Below, piece after piece: positions 37,718 through 47,059 of a stretch of 64,000 nt of DNA. The notes under the pieces are model-generated. The model did not search any database, was not told the DNA's origin, and saw only the letters and a list, made by a program, of their open reading frames with translations. Numbering within the stretch: position 1 is the first letter of the stretch; each line of letters opens with the position of its first letter. The stretch spans positions 2,048,001-2,112,000 of the forward strand of contig OY760183.1 of NCBI GenBank assembly GCA_963663275.1, in the 5' to 3' direction. Made by a program: the position numbers and the translations under genes. The DNA comes from Chloroflexota bacterium. Lineage in GTDB: Bacteria; Chloroflexota; UBA11872; VXOZ01.

Positions 37718-39404
37718 ATGTTCTCGGCTCACTTCGACTGCATGCGTAAGGCTGCTGTGTACGTGGCGGCTATCGGGCTAATTGCCGTGCTTGGGGCAGC
37801 GTGCGCGGTGCAGCCGGTTGCGGTCCCGGCGCCGCCGGCCGCACCGGACGAGGAAGCGCCCACGCTGGCGGAAGTGCCGGAGGATGACGATGACGCGCTC
37901 ACCCGGGCCTTCGTGGAGAATGCCATCGCATACTACAAGGAGAACGGGCTGGAGGCGACAATCGAGCGCTACAGCGACCCAAGCAGCCGGGAGGGCGAAC
38001 GCCAGTTGGACCTGCTCGACGCTGAGACGTATGTCGTGCTGGCATCGCCCGTCAACCATTTGATAGGGAACATGTTCGATTCGCACGCTCCCGGCGGGCC
38101 GTTCCACGGAGAGATAGAAAAGACTGGGGAGGAGGGCCGTTGGTTAGATGGGCTGATACCCAACCACGCGGCCGGGGGACAGCTGGAACCGGCGAGGATT
38201 TTCATAATGGTCCTGGACGGGCTGGTGTTCCGGGCGAGGCACTTCGTGGTGATCGAGAACGTAGCAGACACCACCAAAGAGTACGTCAACCGGGCCATCC
38301 GGTATTACGACGACAACGGCCTCGACGCTACGATCGCCTACTACAACAGCCGCGAAAGCTTCGACGGTCAGTTCTACCTGTTCATGATGGACGAGAACGA
38401 CATCTATCTGGTGCATCCATTCCTGCCGGACTTGATTGGCACGGACATCAAAGCGGTGACCAGTTCGGACAATCCCCAACTGGGGCCGGGAGATAGCGCA
38501 GGCGACCGCGGAAGGAATCTGGGTTGAGTACCTGTGGCCGAGCCCGGTCTCGCTGAACGAGGAGAGCAAGGTAACCTGGGCTGTCCGGCACGACGGGAAG
38601 ATATTCGCGTCGGGGTACTACGCCGGCAGGGAGGATCCCGAGACCCCGCCCTGGGTGGGAGCGGATCCGAGAGAGTACACGGTTGCGTACGTGAACCGGG
38701 CGATAGAGCGATACGAAGAGTTCGGTCTGGAGTCGGTGAAGGCGTACTACAACAGCGTGGCGAGTATCGAGGGCGAGTGGTATCTGTTCGCGACGGACGC
38801 CAGCGACATCTACGTGATACACCCTGTGTTCAGCCGCCTCGTCGGAACAGATATCAAGGACGTGGTGAGTTCGGACGGGTACGAGCTCGGCAAGGAGATA
38901 GCGCAGGCGACAGAGGAAGGCCACTGGATAGAGTATCCGTGGCCGCACCCGATAACGGAGGCGGAGACCCCGAAGGTGTCCTACGCCAAGAGGCACGACG
39001 GATACATTTTCGCATCGGGTTACTATCCGCTGCCGGATGACCCCGAGGGATACACCCGGAGTTACGTACAGAAGGCGATAGACATGTACGAGCGCGAGGG
39101 GCTTGAGGCGACGGTCGCACATTACAACAGCCGCGAGAGCATAGACGGCCAGTGGTACATGGTCATCATCGGCGAGGACGGGGAGACCTTAGTTGACGCT
39201 CGCCTTCCGGGCCACGTGGGGAAAGACGCAAGGGATTACGTTACCTCAGACGGATTCAACGTGGGCGAGGCGATACTGAAAGCTACCGAGGACGGCTACT
39301 GGTTCCAGAGGAGCATCGTCACTCCGGAGGCTTCCACCCAGATGAATGTCTGGGCAATCCGGCACGACGGGCTGGTCTTTTCGTCGGGCTACTTCGGCCA
39401 ATAG
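37718..39404 (+). pseudogene. Lipoprotein with four tandem Cache-like domains, +1 frameshift at the G-run 38482-38485
   Basis: Lipobox-like GAAC; four repeats of YVxxAIxxYxxxGLEATxxxY; removing one G restores LGREIAQATAEGIWVEYLWP, matching LGKEIAQATEEGHWIEYPWP in repeat 3. Confidence 0.75.
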
Positions 39405-39572
39405 GCGTCCGTTCCGATTGCATCCCCTGTCTCTGACTGGATCGGCAGGGAGATCAAGGACGTGGTAGGTGCGGAAGGTTTCGAGTTGGGCAAAGCCCTG
39501 GCTACGGAGGCGGACGGCGGGCGCGGGAGACGAACCCGCGCCCGGTCGTAAGGAGACTTTTCCATAGCTCCG

Positions 39573-40583
39573 TCACTCCGGCGAAAGCCGGAAGGTGGAT
39601 TCACATTTCAAGTGCAACACCTGGTTGATGAATACTTCGGCTGGCGTTTGGAAGTCAAGACACTTGCGCGGGGTGTGGTTGTAGGCGTGGACCAGTTGCG
39701 CAAAGCGTTGTTGGCTCACCTGTGCCAGGTCGGTCTTGCGCGGCAGCCGGCGCCGCAGGCGGCCGATGGCGTTCTCGATGCCCCCTTTCTGCCAGGGCGA
39801 GTGGGTATCGCAGAAGAAGGTTTGGATGCCCAAGTCATGGAGGCGGTAATGCTGTGCGAACTCCGTGCCATTGTCGAACGTGACGGTCTGGCTGCACGCT
39901 GGGGGCAGCGCGGCGAACAGGTCGTGCAGGATAGTGGCGATCGGCGCTGCCGCCTTGCCGGGCGGTCGCGCGGCCAGCAACAGGCGCGAGTGGCGCTCGT
40001 GCAGGGTCAAGACTGCTTGACCGTAGGTGCGAAAGAGCATCAGGTCCGCCTCCCAGTGGCCGGGCGTTTGGCGGTCTGCCGCCGCCTGGGGCCGTTCTGC
40101 CAGCGGTCGGCGCTGGGCAATGAACGAGGCCGGACTGCCGCCCTTTCGCCCGCGCCAGCCCCGTTTGGACTTGGCGCGCGGCAGGTAATGCCGCCAGTTA
40201 CCGTCCTTCGTGCGCGCCTGCTGCCCGTAGATGAAGCGATAGATGGTCTCGTGAGAGACGACCGGCGCGCCGTTCTCCCGCGCCAAACGTCCGGATACCT
40301 GCTCCGGCGACCAACAATCCCGCAAGTATCCCAACACCACCTCCCGCAACTCGGCATCCCGCTCCAGCTTGCTGCCGCGCCAGCACCGCGCCCACGCCTG
40401 ATCATCGGCATACTTTGGCTCATAGCCTGCCGATTGCGATCCATTTCGTTTCACCTCCCGCGAAATCGTCGATGGCGCGCGACCCAGAGTTGCAGCGATT
40501 TGCCGGTGCGAGGTTCTCGCGGTGAGAAGTCGGGCAATTTCACACCGCTCTTCAATGGTAAGTTGTGTGTATTGTTTTCCCAT
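39573..40583 (-). CDS. IS30 family transposase
   Basis: HTH LGRAPSTISREVKRN, WSPEQVSG, SHETIY, GHWEADL, TFDNGTEF, PWQKGGIEN. Confidence 0.95.
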   Translation of the reverse strand: MGKQYTQLTIEERCEIARLLTARTSHRQIAATLGRAPSTISREVKRNGSQSAGYEPKYADDQAWARCWRGSKLERDAELREVVLGYLRDCWSPEQVSGRLARENGAPVVSHETIYRFIYGQQARTKDGNWRHYLPRAKSKRGWRGRKGGSPASFIAQRRPLAERPQAAADRQTPGHWEADLMLFRTYGQAVLTLHERHSRLLLAARPPGKAAAPIATILHDLFAALPPACSQTVTFDNGTEFAQHYRLHDLGIQTFFCDTHSPWQKGGIENAIGRLRRRLPRKTDLAQVSQQRFAQLVHAYNHTPRKCLDFQTPAEVFINQVLHLKCESTFRLSPE

Positions 40584-40627
40584 GGCAACACCTTAGCAAA
40601 GTGTTGCACTTCGTTTGTGAGTCTAGG
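39594..40627 (-). mobile_element. IS30-family insertion sequence (1034 bp)
   Basis: Imperfect 27-bp IRs GGTGGATTCACATTTCAAGTGCAACAC / GTGTTGCACTTCGTTTGTGAGTCTAGG; GAA duplicated on both sides. Confidence 0.88.
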
Positions 40628-40704
40628 GAATCCAGACCGCACATACAACTAAGAGCAGCTTGCTTTCAAGCTATTTCACCCCCATCCCAACCTCCCCACT
40701 CAAT

Positions 40705-40854
40705 GGCGGACAGGGGTAGGCATTCTACATTCGACTTCACGTGTCATTCCGAGCGGAGCGCAGCGGAGAGAGGAATCTAAGGTTTTCGCTGCAAAAACGT
40801 CGGTACTAGATTCCTCGCTCCGCTCGGAATGACATTTGCCTACCCCTGTCAGCC
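40705..40854. mobile_element. MITE, 150 bp, 18-bp TIRs, 6-bp CTCAAT duplication, internal GTCATTCCGAGCG-type palindrome pair
   Basis: GGCGGACAGGGGTAGGCA / TGCCTACCCCTGTCAGCC; CTCAAT at 40699-704 and 40855-860. Confidence 0.75.
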
Positions 40855-40930
40855 CTCAATGGGGAAGGGGCTTTGCGGGGGCATCCGGAAGGATCCCCGA
40901 GCTTGGCGGACGCCGTGCAATGCGCGCTCG

Positions 40931-41602
40931 CTAGCCGAACTCCTTCAGCTTCTGCACGGCTTCCACGACCGTCTCGAAATTGCCGCCGCCGAATTTGACG
41001 AAGCGGATCTGCCCTTGCCGGTCGATGCCGTAGAAGGACGGAAACGCGCGGTTGCCGAACGCGTTCCAGAGCACCAGGTCGTTGTCCACTACCACCGGAT
41101 AGGTGACGCCTAGGGCATCGGCCTGCTCCTTGATTTCGCTGATGTCATTGGAAGATCCGCGGTACGGAAAGTGGATGGTGATCAGCTTGAAGCGGTCATC
41201 GTGGTAGGTATCGAAGAGGTCCACCAAACTGGGGACTTCGCTGCGGCAAATCGGTCAGGTGTACGTCCAGAACACCACCATGGCCGCGGCCTTGCCCTCC
41301 AGGCTCGAGAGTTTAATGGGCTCAGAGTTGAACCAGCTTGTAAGATCGATTTCAGGCGCTTTGCCGAGCATGGGCAGGTCGAGTTCCGGCGCGGCGTCCG
41401 CCTGCTTCTCCGGCGCCGCCGTCGGCTGCGCCTGCGCCGGGGCCGCGGTGGGATCCGCCTTTGGTTGCGCTTTGCTCTCTTGTTCGGAACCGGCGGACTG
41501 CTCTTCTGTCGCGTCCGCTTCGTCCGATCCGCCGCCGCAGGCGGCCAGAGCGGTTACGGACGCGCCGCTGAGCAGTAGTGAAAGCATCGAGCGTCGTAGC
41601 AT
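40931..41602 (-). CDS. Selenocysteine-containing thioredoxin-like redoxin (TlpA/DipZ-like lipoprotein), in-frame UGA at 41255-41257
   Basis: Track ORFs 41255..41602 and 40931..41227 are in the same frame and read WFNSEP...VVFWTYT-U-PIC...IHFP...YPVVVDND...AFPSFYGIDRQGQIR; UxxC sits at the CxxC position; selB is in the window. Confidence 0.85.
41212..41240 (-). promoter_or_regulatory. Candidate bacterial SECIS hairpin
   Basis: CGAA-GUCC-CCA-[GUU]-UGG-U-GGAC-CUC-UUCG; apical loop begins with G, 25 nt after the UGA. Confidence 0.55.
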
Positions 41603-41723
41603 CGTTCTCGTCTCCTTGCTAATGCCGCTTCGTAGTCGCCATTGGCTGCGCCGAGCGGTTCAATTCAACACCGGTAGCACGTGCCGGTTGGCGCCCGCGC
41701 CGGCGAGCGCCGGTCACGCGCCG

Positions 41724-42461
41724 CTAACCCAGTGAGTATATTCCCAGAATACCACTAACGTAGGCGAGGAAATTTGTCGCGACCGCGATGCCCATCAGGA
41801 TCAGGAAGACCCCACTCGCCCGTTCGACCGCCAGCATGTGCGACCGGAGCCACGCGAGCACCGCCGTGGCGCGGTCGATGGCCGCGGCCATTGCGAGGAA
41901 CGGAATGCCCATGCCGGCGGCGTAGATGGCCAGCAAGATGCCGCCGCGCAGGACGGTATCGGCGCCGGCGGCCTGCAGCAAGATGCCCGACAGGATCGGC
42001 CCCACGCAGGGCGTCCAGCCGGTGCCGAACACGAGACCGATCAGGAAAGAGGTGGGCGGGCCGGTCTTCTCGGTATCGATGCGTCCCAGCGGCGTACTGC
42101 GCAGCGAGACTTCCCGCTGCAATATCTGCTGCAGCCACGGGATGCGGAGGAACCCCAGAAAGCTCAGGCCAAAGACCACGAGCAACGCGCCGCCGACCAG
42201 CCGCATGGTGGGCAGGCCCTGCTGAAAGGCCAGACCCACAAAGGTGATGGCGACACCCAGCGCGACGAAGATGGTACCGAAACCGAGTATGAAGGCAAGG
42301 GCGTTGATGAAAACTGCGCGCCGGGCGGGCTTATCGTGGCGCACGGCATTGACGTGGCGTCCGCCAAGATACACGAGATAGGCCGGCACCAGCGGCAGGA
42401 AACAGGGCGAGAGAAAAGAAAGTATTCCCGCGCCGAACGCTATGCCAACGTCGATGATCAT
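41724..42461 (-). CDS. ccdA: Cytochrome c biogenesis protein CcdA
   Basis: AGILSFLSPCFLPLVPAY, GWTPCVGPIL, YAAGMGIPF. Confidence 0.9.
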   Translation of the reverse strand: MIIDVGIAFGAGILSFLSPCFLPLVPAYLVYLGGRHVNAVRHDKPARRAVFINALAFILGFGTIFVALGVAITFVGLAFQQGLPTMRLVGGALLVVFGLSFLGFLRIPWLQQILQREVSLRSTPLGRIDTEKTGPPTSFLIGLVFGTGWTPCVGPILSGILLQAAGADTVLRGGILLAIYAAGMGIPFLAMAAAIDRATAVLAWLRSHMLAVERASGVFLILMGIAVATNFLAYVSGILGIYSLG

Positions 42462-42634
42462 GTCCTCTGTCCGCTCCTCTCTGCACGCCGTCTGTCACGT
42501 CTGATTTCATTATACCGCTAAAGGGAGAGTCATTCAGCAGGCGCGCGCCAATACGGACAGGCTGCGCTTGCCGCGGGGGCCTGGGACTGGGAAGGCGTTG
42601 AAATGAGGCGTCGCGATGGACCCTCGGTGTGCGC

Positions 42635-43585
42635 TCAAGTGAGCAGGTAGAGGCCGCTCACCGAGGATTCCTGGTGCACGCGGTCGATGGCTTCGGCAAA
42701 GAGTTGCGCCACGGAGAGAATTGTCATATTGGCGGTGCGCTTGTCGGGCGGGATGTGCACGGTATCGGTGAGAATGACCTCTTGGATGAAGTCCTGGTGC
42801 AAGCGTTCCGGGGCGGGGCCGGCAAGCAGGCCGTGCACGGCCGCCAAGCGCAACCGGGGTTGCGCGCCGGCGTTGATGACGGCGTGGGCGGTTTCCACGA
42901 TGGTGCCGCCGGTGGATATGATGTCGTCGATGATGATGGGGTACTTGCCCGCCAGGTCGCCGATCATGCCGACAATGCGCGACGTGGTGGCGGATTCGCG
43001 GGCTTTGTGAATCAGGGCCAGAGGCACGCCCAGGCGCTCCGCGTACTTCTCCGCCAGCTTGGCGCGGCCCACGTCCGGCGCGACGATAACGGAATCCGTG
43101 AGGTCTTGCTGCTTCAAGTAGTCGATGATTAGGGGCACCGCCGAGAGTGTCTCGAAGGGGATGTTGAAGAAGCCCTGCATGGCCGGCGCGTGGATGTCGG
43201 TCACGACGATGCGGTCAACCCCCGCGGCCTGGAGCATGTCCGCCACGACCTTGGCGCTGATTGGCTCCCGTCCGTGCGCCATCCGTTCCTGGCGGGAGTA
43301 GCCGTAGTAGGGTATGACGGCGGTGATGCGCTTGGCCGAGGCCCGCCGCAGGGCGTCTATCATGAGGAGCAGTTGCATCAGGTTGTCGTTGACGGGCGCG
43401 GAGGTGGGCTGCACGACGTACACGTCGCAGCCGCGCACGCTCTCGTTCACTCTCACCAGCGTCTCGGAATCCGGCGCCTCTTCAATGCTGACGTCGCACA
43501 GACCGGTGCCCAGCAGGTCGGCGATCCGGGTAGCCAACGGCACGCTGGCCAGGCCCGAGAGAATCTTGATGTCCCCGTTTACCAT
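42635..43585 (-). CDS. prs: Ribose-phosphate pyrophosphokinase
   Basis: ESVRGCDVYVVQ, PYYGYSRQ, VAPDVG, IIDDIISTGGT. Confidence 0.95.
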   Translation of the reverse strand: MVNGDIKILSGLASVPLATRIADLLGTGLCDVSIEEAPDSETLVRVNESVRGCDVYVVQPTSAPVNDNLMQLLLMIDALRRASAKRITAVIPYYGYSRQERMAHGREPISAKVVADMLQAAGVDRIVVTDIHAPAMQGFFNIPFETLSAVPLIIDYLKQQDLTDSVIVAPDVGRAKLAEKYAERLGVPLALIHKARESATTSRIVGMIGDLAGKYPIIIDDIISTGGTIVETAHAVINAGAQPRLRLAAVHGLLAGPAPERLHQDFIQEVILTDTVHIPPDKRTANMTILSVAQLFAEAIDRVHQESSVSGLYLLT

Positions 43586-43679
43586 TGCGGCCGCACCTCT
43601 TGATTCCGCGTTTCTACAAAGGCACACGTCGTCTTTGGGCCGATTGCCCGTCGCGCTCGTACCGCGGCCCGGCGTACCT

Positions 43680-44789
43680 TTAGCGCGCGGTCTCCTGGTC
43701 GCTGACTTCCGCGTGGCGTTCTTGCGCCAGCCGGATGAGTTCGTCCAGCAGCGCCGAATACGGCAGCCCGGAGGCTTCCCAGAGTTTGGGATACATGCTG
43801 ATCGGCGTAAAGCCGGGTATGGTGTTCACCTCGTTTACGTAGGCGGCGCCGGTCTCGCCGTCGATCAGGAAGTCCACCCGCGCCATGCCGCAGCACTCCA
43901 GGGCCTGGAACGCGCTGAGCGCCAGCCCCTGCAACTCCTGTGTCAGTTCGTCCGGAATGGGCGCCGGCACGTGCAGCGCCGAATCGGCCTCGTACTTGGC
44001 GGCGTAATCGTAAAACTCATGGGCCGCCACGATCTCCCCCGGCACGGAAACAAGCGGCGCGTCGTTGCCGAGGACCGAGAGTTCGATTTCCCGGGCGTGG
44101 GGCACGGCGGCTTCGACGATCAGCCTGCGGTCGTAGCGGGTGGCCGTCTCGAACGCCGGAGCCAACTCAGCGCGATCGTGGACTTTCGATATGCCAATGC
44201 TGGAACCGAGTGTGGCCGGTTTGACGAAGAGCGGGTAGGAAATGTGCGCTTCGACCTCCGCGATGCACTTGTCCGGCAGGGCCTGCCAGGCGCGCCGCCG
44301 CACTTCCAGGTGCTCGACGATCGGCAGGCCGGCGTAGTGGAAGAGCCGCTTCTGCACCAGCTTGTCCATGCCCAGCGCCGAACTGAGCACGTCGCAGCCG
44401 ACGTAGGGCATGCCGGCGAGTTGCAGCAGGCCCTGGATGCTGCCGTCTTCGCCGTTGGGTCCGTGAAGGATGGGTAGAACAACGTCGAGCGCGGCGATTG
44501 GCGCAGAATCTGGCGCGGCCTCAGACGTTTCGCGGTGGGCCAGGGCAGCCGGAGGGCTGAGAGCGATGTGCACGGAAGAAGCGTCGCTCGCCTGGGACTC
44601 CTGGTCCTCCAGCGCGCGCTGCGGGTCAGCGTCCAACAGCCAGCGGCCGTCGCGGGTGATGCCGATGGGAATTACCTCGTATTTGTCCGCGTCGAGCGCC
44701 GCCAACACGGAGCGGGCGGATACGACCGATACGTCATGTTCGGCTGAACGTCCGCCAAAGAGCAAGCCGACCTGGAGCTTTTCGCCCAT
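43680..44789 (-). CDS. ddl: D-alanine--D-alanine ligase
   Basis: FGGRSAEHDVS, LHGPNGEDGSIQG, GSSIGI, YDYAAKY, NEVNTIPGFT. Confidence 0.96.
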   Translation of the reverse strand: MGEKLQVGLLFGGRSAEHDVSVVSARSVLAALDADKYEVIPIGITRDGRWLLDADPQRALEDQESQASDASSVHIALSPPAALAHRETSEAAPDSAPIAALDVVLPILHGPNGEDGSIQGLLQLAGMPYVGCDVLSSALGMDKLVQKRLFHYAGLPIVEHLEVRRRAWQALPDKCIAEVEAHISYPLFVKPATLGSSIGISKVHDRAELAPAFETATRYDRRLIVEAAVPHAREIELSVLGNDAPLVSVPGEIVAAHEFYDYAAKYEADSALHVPAPIPDELTQELQGLALSAFQALECCGMARVDFLIDGETGAAYVNEVNTIPGFTPISMYPKLWEASGLPYSALLDELIRLAQERHAEVSDQETAR

Positions 44790-44927
44790 AATCGATGAGA
44801 CGCTCGGTACCCGTATGCTATGCTGACGTGAGGTGGCATCATTATAGCAGGTTGGCGGAGACTCTCCTAGAGCCTGCGGCACCCTGGTTCGAAGGCTTCG
44901 CAGCAACGTAGCGCGGGGGCTTGTCCC

Positions 44928-45101
44928 CAATGCTGTCGCATTAAGGGTGAAGAGTCACGAGTGTGAGCCTCTAGGCGGCTTGTCACGCGGTGTAGGGGCA
45001 CGACATGTCGTGCCCCTACACCGCGTTGACGAGAGATGAAGCGCATTAGCAGCGCGGGTACTGCGTGGTTGCCTAAGTCAGAAGCTAATGCGACAGCATT
45101 G
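44928..45101. mobile_element. MITE, 174 bp, IS4-family-like TIRs, 11-bp duplication inside a REP-A palindrome, carrying REP-B
   Basis: TIR CAATGCTGTCGCATTA / TAATGCGACAGCATTG; GGGCTTGTCCC on both sides. Confidence 0.78.
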
Positions 45102-45263
45102 GGGCTTGTCCCCCGCCTCTTGGCGAGAAATGCTATGGTTTCCCTTAGCGTCGCACAAACGTAGCGCGGGGGCTTGTCCCCCGCCTCTTGGCGAGAAACG
45201 CTATGGTTTCCCGCAGCGTCGCACTAACGTAGCGCGGGGGCTAGTCCCCCGCCTCTTGGCGAG
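45102..45263. repeat. 68-bp-period tandem repeat of REP-A with a near-identical linker
   Basis: REP-A starts at 45161 and 45229; linker CTCTTGGCGAGAAAYGCTATGGTTTCCC..AGCGTCGCAC.AAC repeated. Confidence 0.8.
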
Positions 45264-45431
45264 CAGTAACGGCCCTGCCGGGTTGACCGCTCAATTTCCG
45301 CCTCACGCCGCGTCGAATGGGCCGCTCCATGCGCCTGGCGCGTGCCATGCCGCGCTCAGTCGCAAACGCCGCCTCTCGTTGCGATGAGCCTTCTCCCGCG
45401 CACACTTCTCGAGGAGCGAATTCCGTTGTTC

Positions 45432-46829
45432 ATGCTTGCCGACCTCTACCGCGCGCTGCGGCGCGCGCCGCCGCACCCGGCGGCGGACATCGTTTGCGCG
45501 GGACTGTGCCATGATTCACGCATTCTGCGGCCGGGCGAGGTCTTTTTGGCGCTGCGCACCGGCCAGCGGGACGGCCATGCATTCATCCCGGACGCCGCGG
45601 CCAAGGGCGCCGCCGCGATCGTCTGCCAACGTCCGCGTGACGACGTGGGCATCCCACAGATTCGCGTGCGCAATCCGAATGACGCGGCCTGGAAACTCGC
45701 CGCCTACCTGGTGCGGCAGCGCCCGGAACTGCGCATTGTGGCCGTGACGGGCAGTTACGGCAAGACGACGACGAAAGAGGCGATCGCGGCGGCGCTGGCC
45801 GAACGCTTCGCGGTCTGCAAGACGCTGGGCACCGAGAACAACGAACTCGGCATTCCCCGCACGGTGGCGCGCTGTCAGCCGGATGACGACGTGCTCGTGC
45901 TGGAAATGGGGGCGCAATGGCGCGGCGAGATTGCCGCCTACTGCCGCCGGATTCGACCGCACGTGGGCGTGGTAACGGCGGTTGGGCCGGTGCACCTTGA
46001 GTTATTTGGGTCGCTGGACAAGGTGCGGCAGGCCAAGGGGGAACTGGTCCAGGCGCTGCCGGCGCGCGGCGCGGCGGTGCTCAACGGCGATGACTCGCGG
46101 GTCAGGGGCATGGCCGCCCGCACCCGCGCTGGCGTTATCTACTACGGTACCGGCGGCGAGACGGACGTAACGGCCCGCAACGCGACTCTGCTGCCGGACG
46201 GCTGGACGCGGTTCGACGTGAGCGTTGGGGCGGAGCAGGGGCAATTGCGGACGCGCATTCTGGGCAAGGCCGGAGTCTACGCCGCGCTGGCGGCAACGGC
46301 CGTGGGCCGCGTGTTTGGCCTGGGGCTGGCAGAGATTGAGGCGGGACTGGCTAGCGTCCGTCCCGCGCCGGGCCGCCTGCACGTGCGGGCCGGGCGCAGC
46401 GGTACGATTCTGCTTGACGACGCCTACAACGCCAATCGCGTTTCCGGCATTCTGGCGTTGGAGTCGCTGTCCCAGTTGGGCGCGGGGAGCACGCGGTTCG
46501 CGGTGCTGGGCGACATGCTGGAACTGGGAGAGTACGCGGCGGAAGAGCATCGTCTCTTGGGAGAGGCCGCGGCGCGCTGCGTCGACCGCCTAGTGACCAT
46601 CGGCAGCGAAAGCGCCGGCATCGCGGCGGGCGCGCGGGCAGCGGGCATGGACCCGGCGCAAATCACCGAAATCCCGGCGGACTATGTGGACGCCGCCGCG
46701 TTGGACGCGGCCTTGGACGCCGCCGAGAGCTTCTTGGCGGCGGAAGCGCAGCCGCGAGACGCGATTCTGATTAAAGGCTCGCACGGCATGGGCCTCTTCA
46801 AGCTGGCGGAGCGCTGGGCGGCTTCTTGA
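45432..46829 (+). CDS. murF: UDP-N-acetylmuramoyl-tripeptide--D-Ala-D-Ala ligase
   Basis: HDSR, DGHAF, VTGSYGKTTTKE, NNELG, LEMG, DDAYNAN, LGDMLELG, IKGSHG; start 45384 or 45432. Confidence 0.92.
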   Translation: MLADLYRALRRAPPHPAADIVCAGLCHDSRILRPGEVFLALRTGQRDGHAFIPDAAAKGAAAIVCQRPRDDVGIPQIRVRNPNDAAWKLAAYLVRQRPELRIVAVTGSYGKTTTKEAIAAALAERFAVCKTLGTENNELGIPRTVARCQPDDDVLVLEMGAQWRGEIAAYCRRIRPHVGVVTAVGPVHLELFGSLDKVRQAKGELVQALPARGAAVLNGDDSRVRGMAARTRAGVIYYGTGGETDVTARNATLLPDGWTRFDVSVGAEQGQLRTRILGKAGVYAALAATAVGRVFGLGLAEIEAGLASVRPAPGRLHVRAGRSGTILLDDAYNANRVSGILALESLSQLGAGSTRFAVLGDMLELGEYAAEEHRLLGEAAARCVDRLVTIGSESAGIAAGARAAGMDPAQITEIPADYVDAAALDAALDAAESFLAAEAQPRDAILIKGSHGMGLFKLAERWAAS

Positions 46830-47059
46830 GACGTTTCCCAGCGGCGTTCCGGCTTGAGGCGGCATGGCTGCGCGGCGGAATTGGCTGCCAGCACAGCCGC
46901 TTCGACTCTATTTCACCGCGCCGGCGCGTTGCGCTCTTGCGTCTTGGTTGAACTCTTCTTAGTTGAGGACACGCTCTCGGGCGCGTATTACGTTGGCCTC
47001 AAGGTTGCCTTCTTCAACTAAGACCCTGCCCGCACTAAATTGGCTTGGAGAACGAGACT

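Noticed and set aside
41255-41257. TGA as a nonsense mutation (pseudogene)
   Set aside because: It falls exactly at the redox Cys position, has a downstream hairpin, and selB is present; Sec is more parsimonious
45102-45263. CRISPR-like array of palindromic repeats
   Set aside because: The intervening sequences are nearly identical, the repeat is the dispersed REP-A, and there are no cas genes in the window
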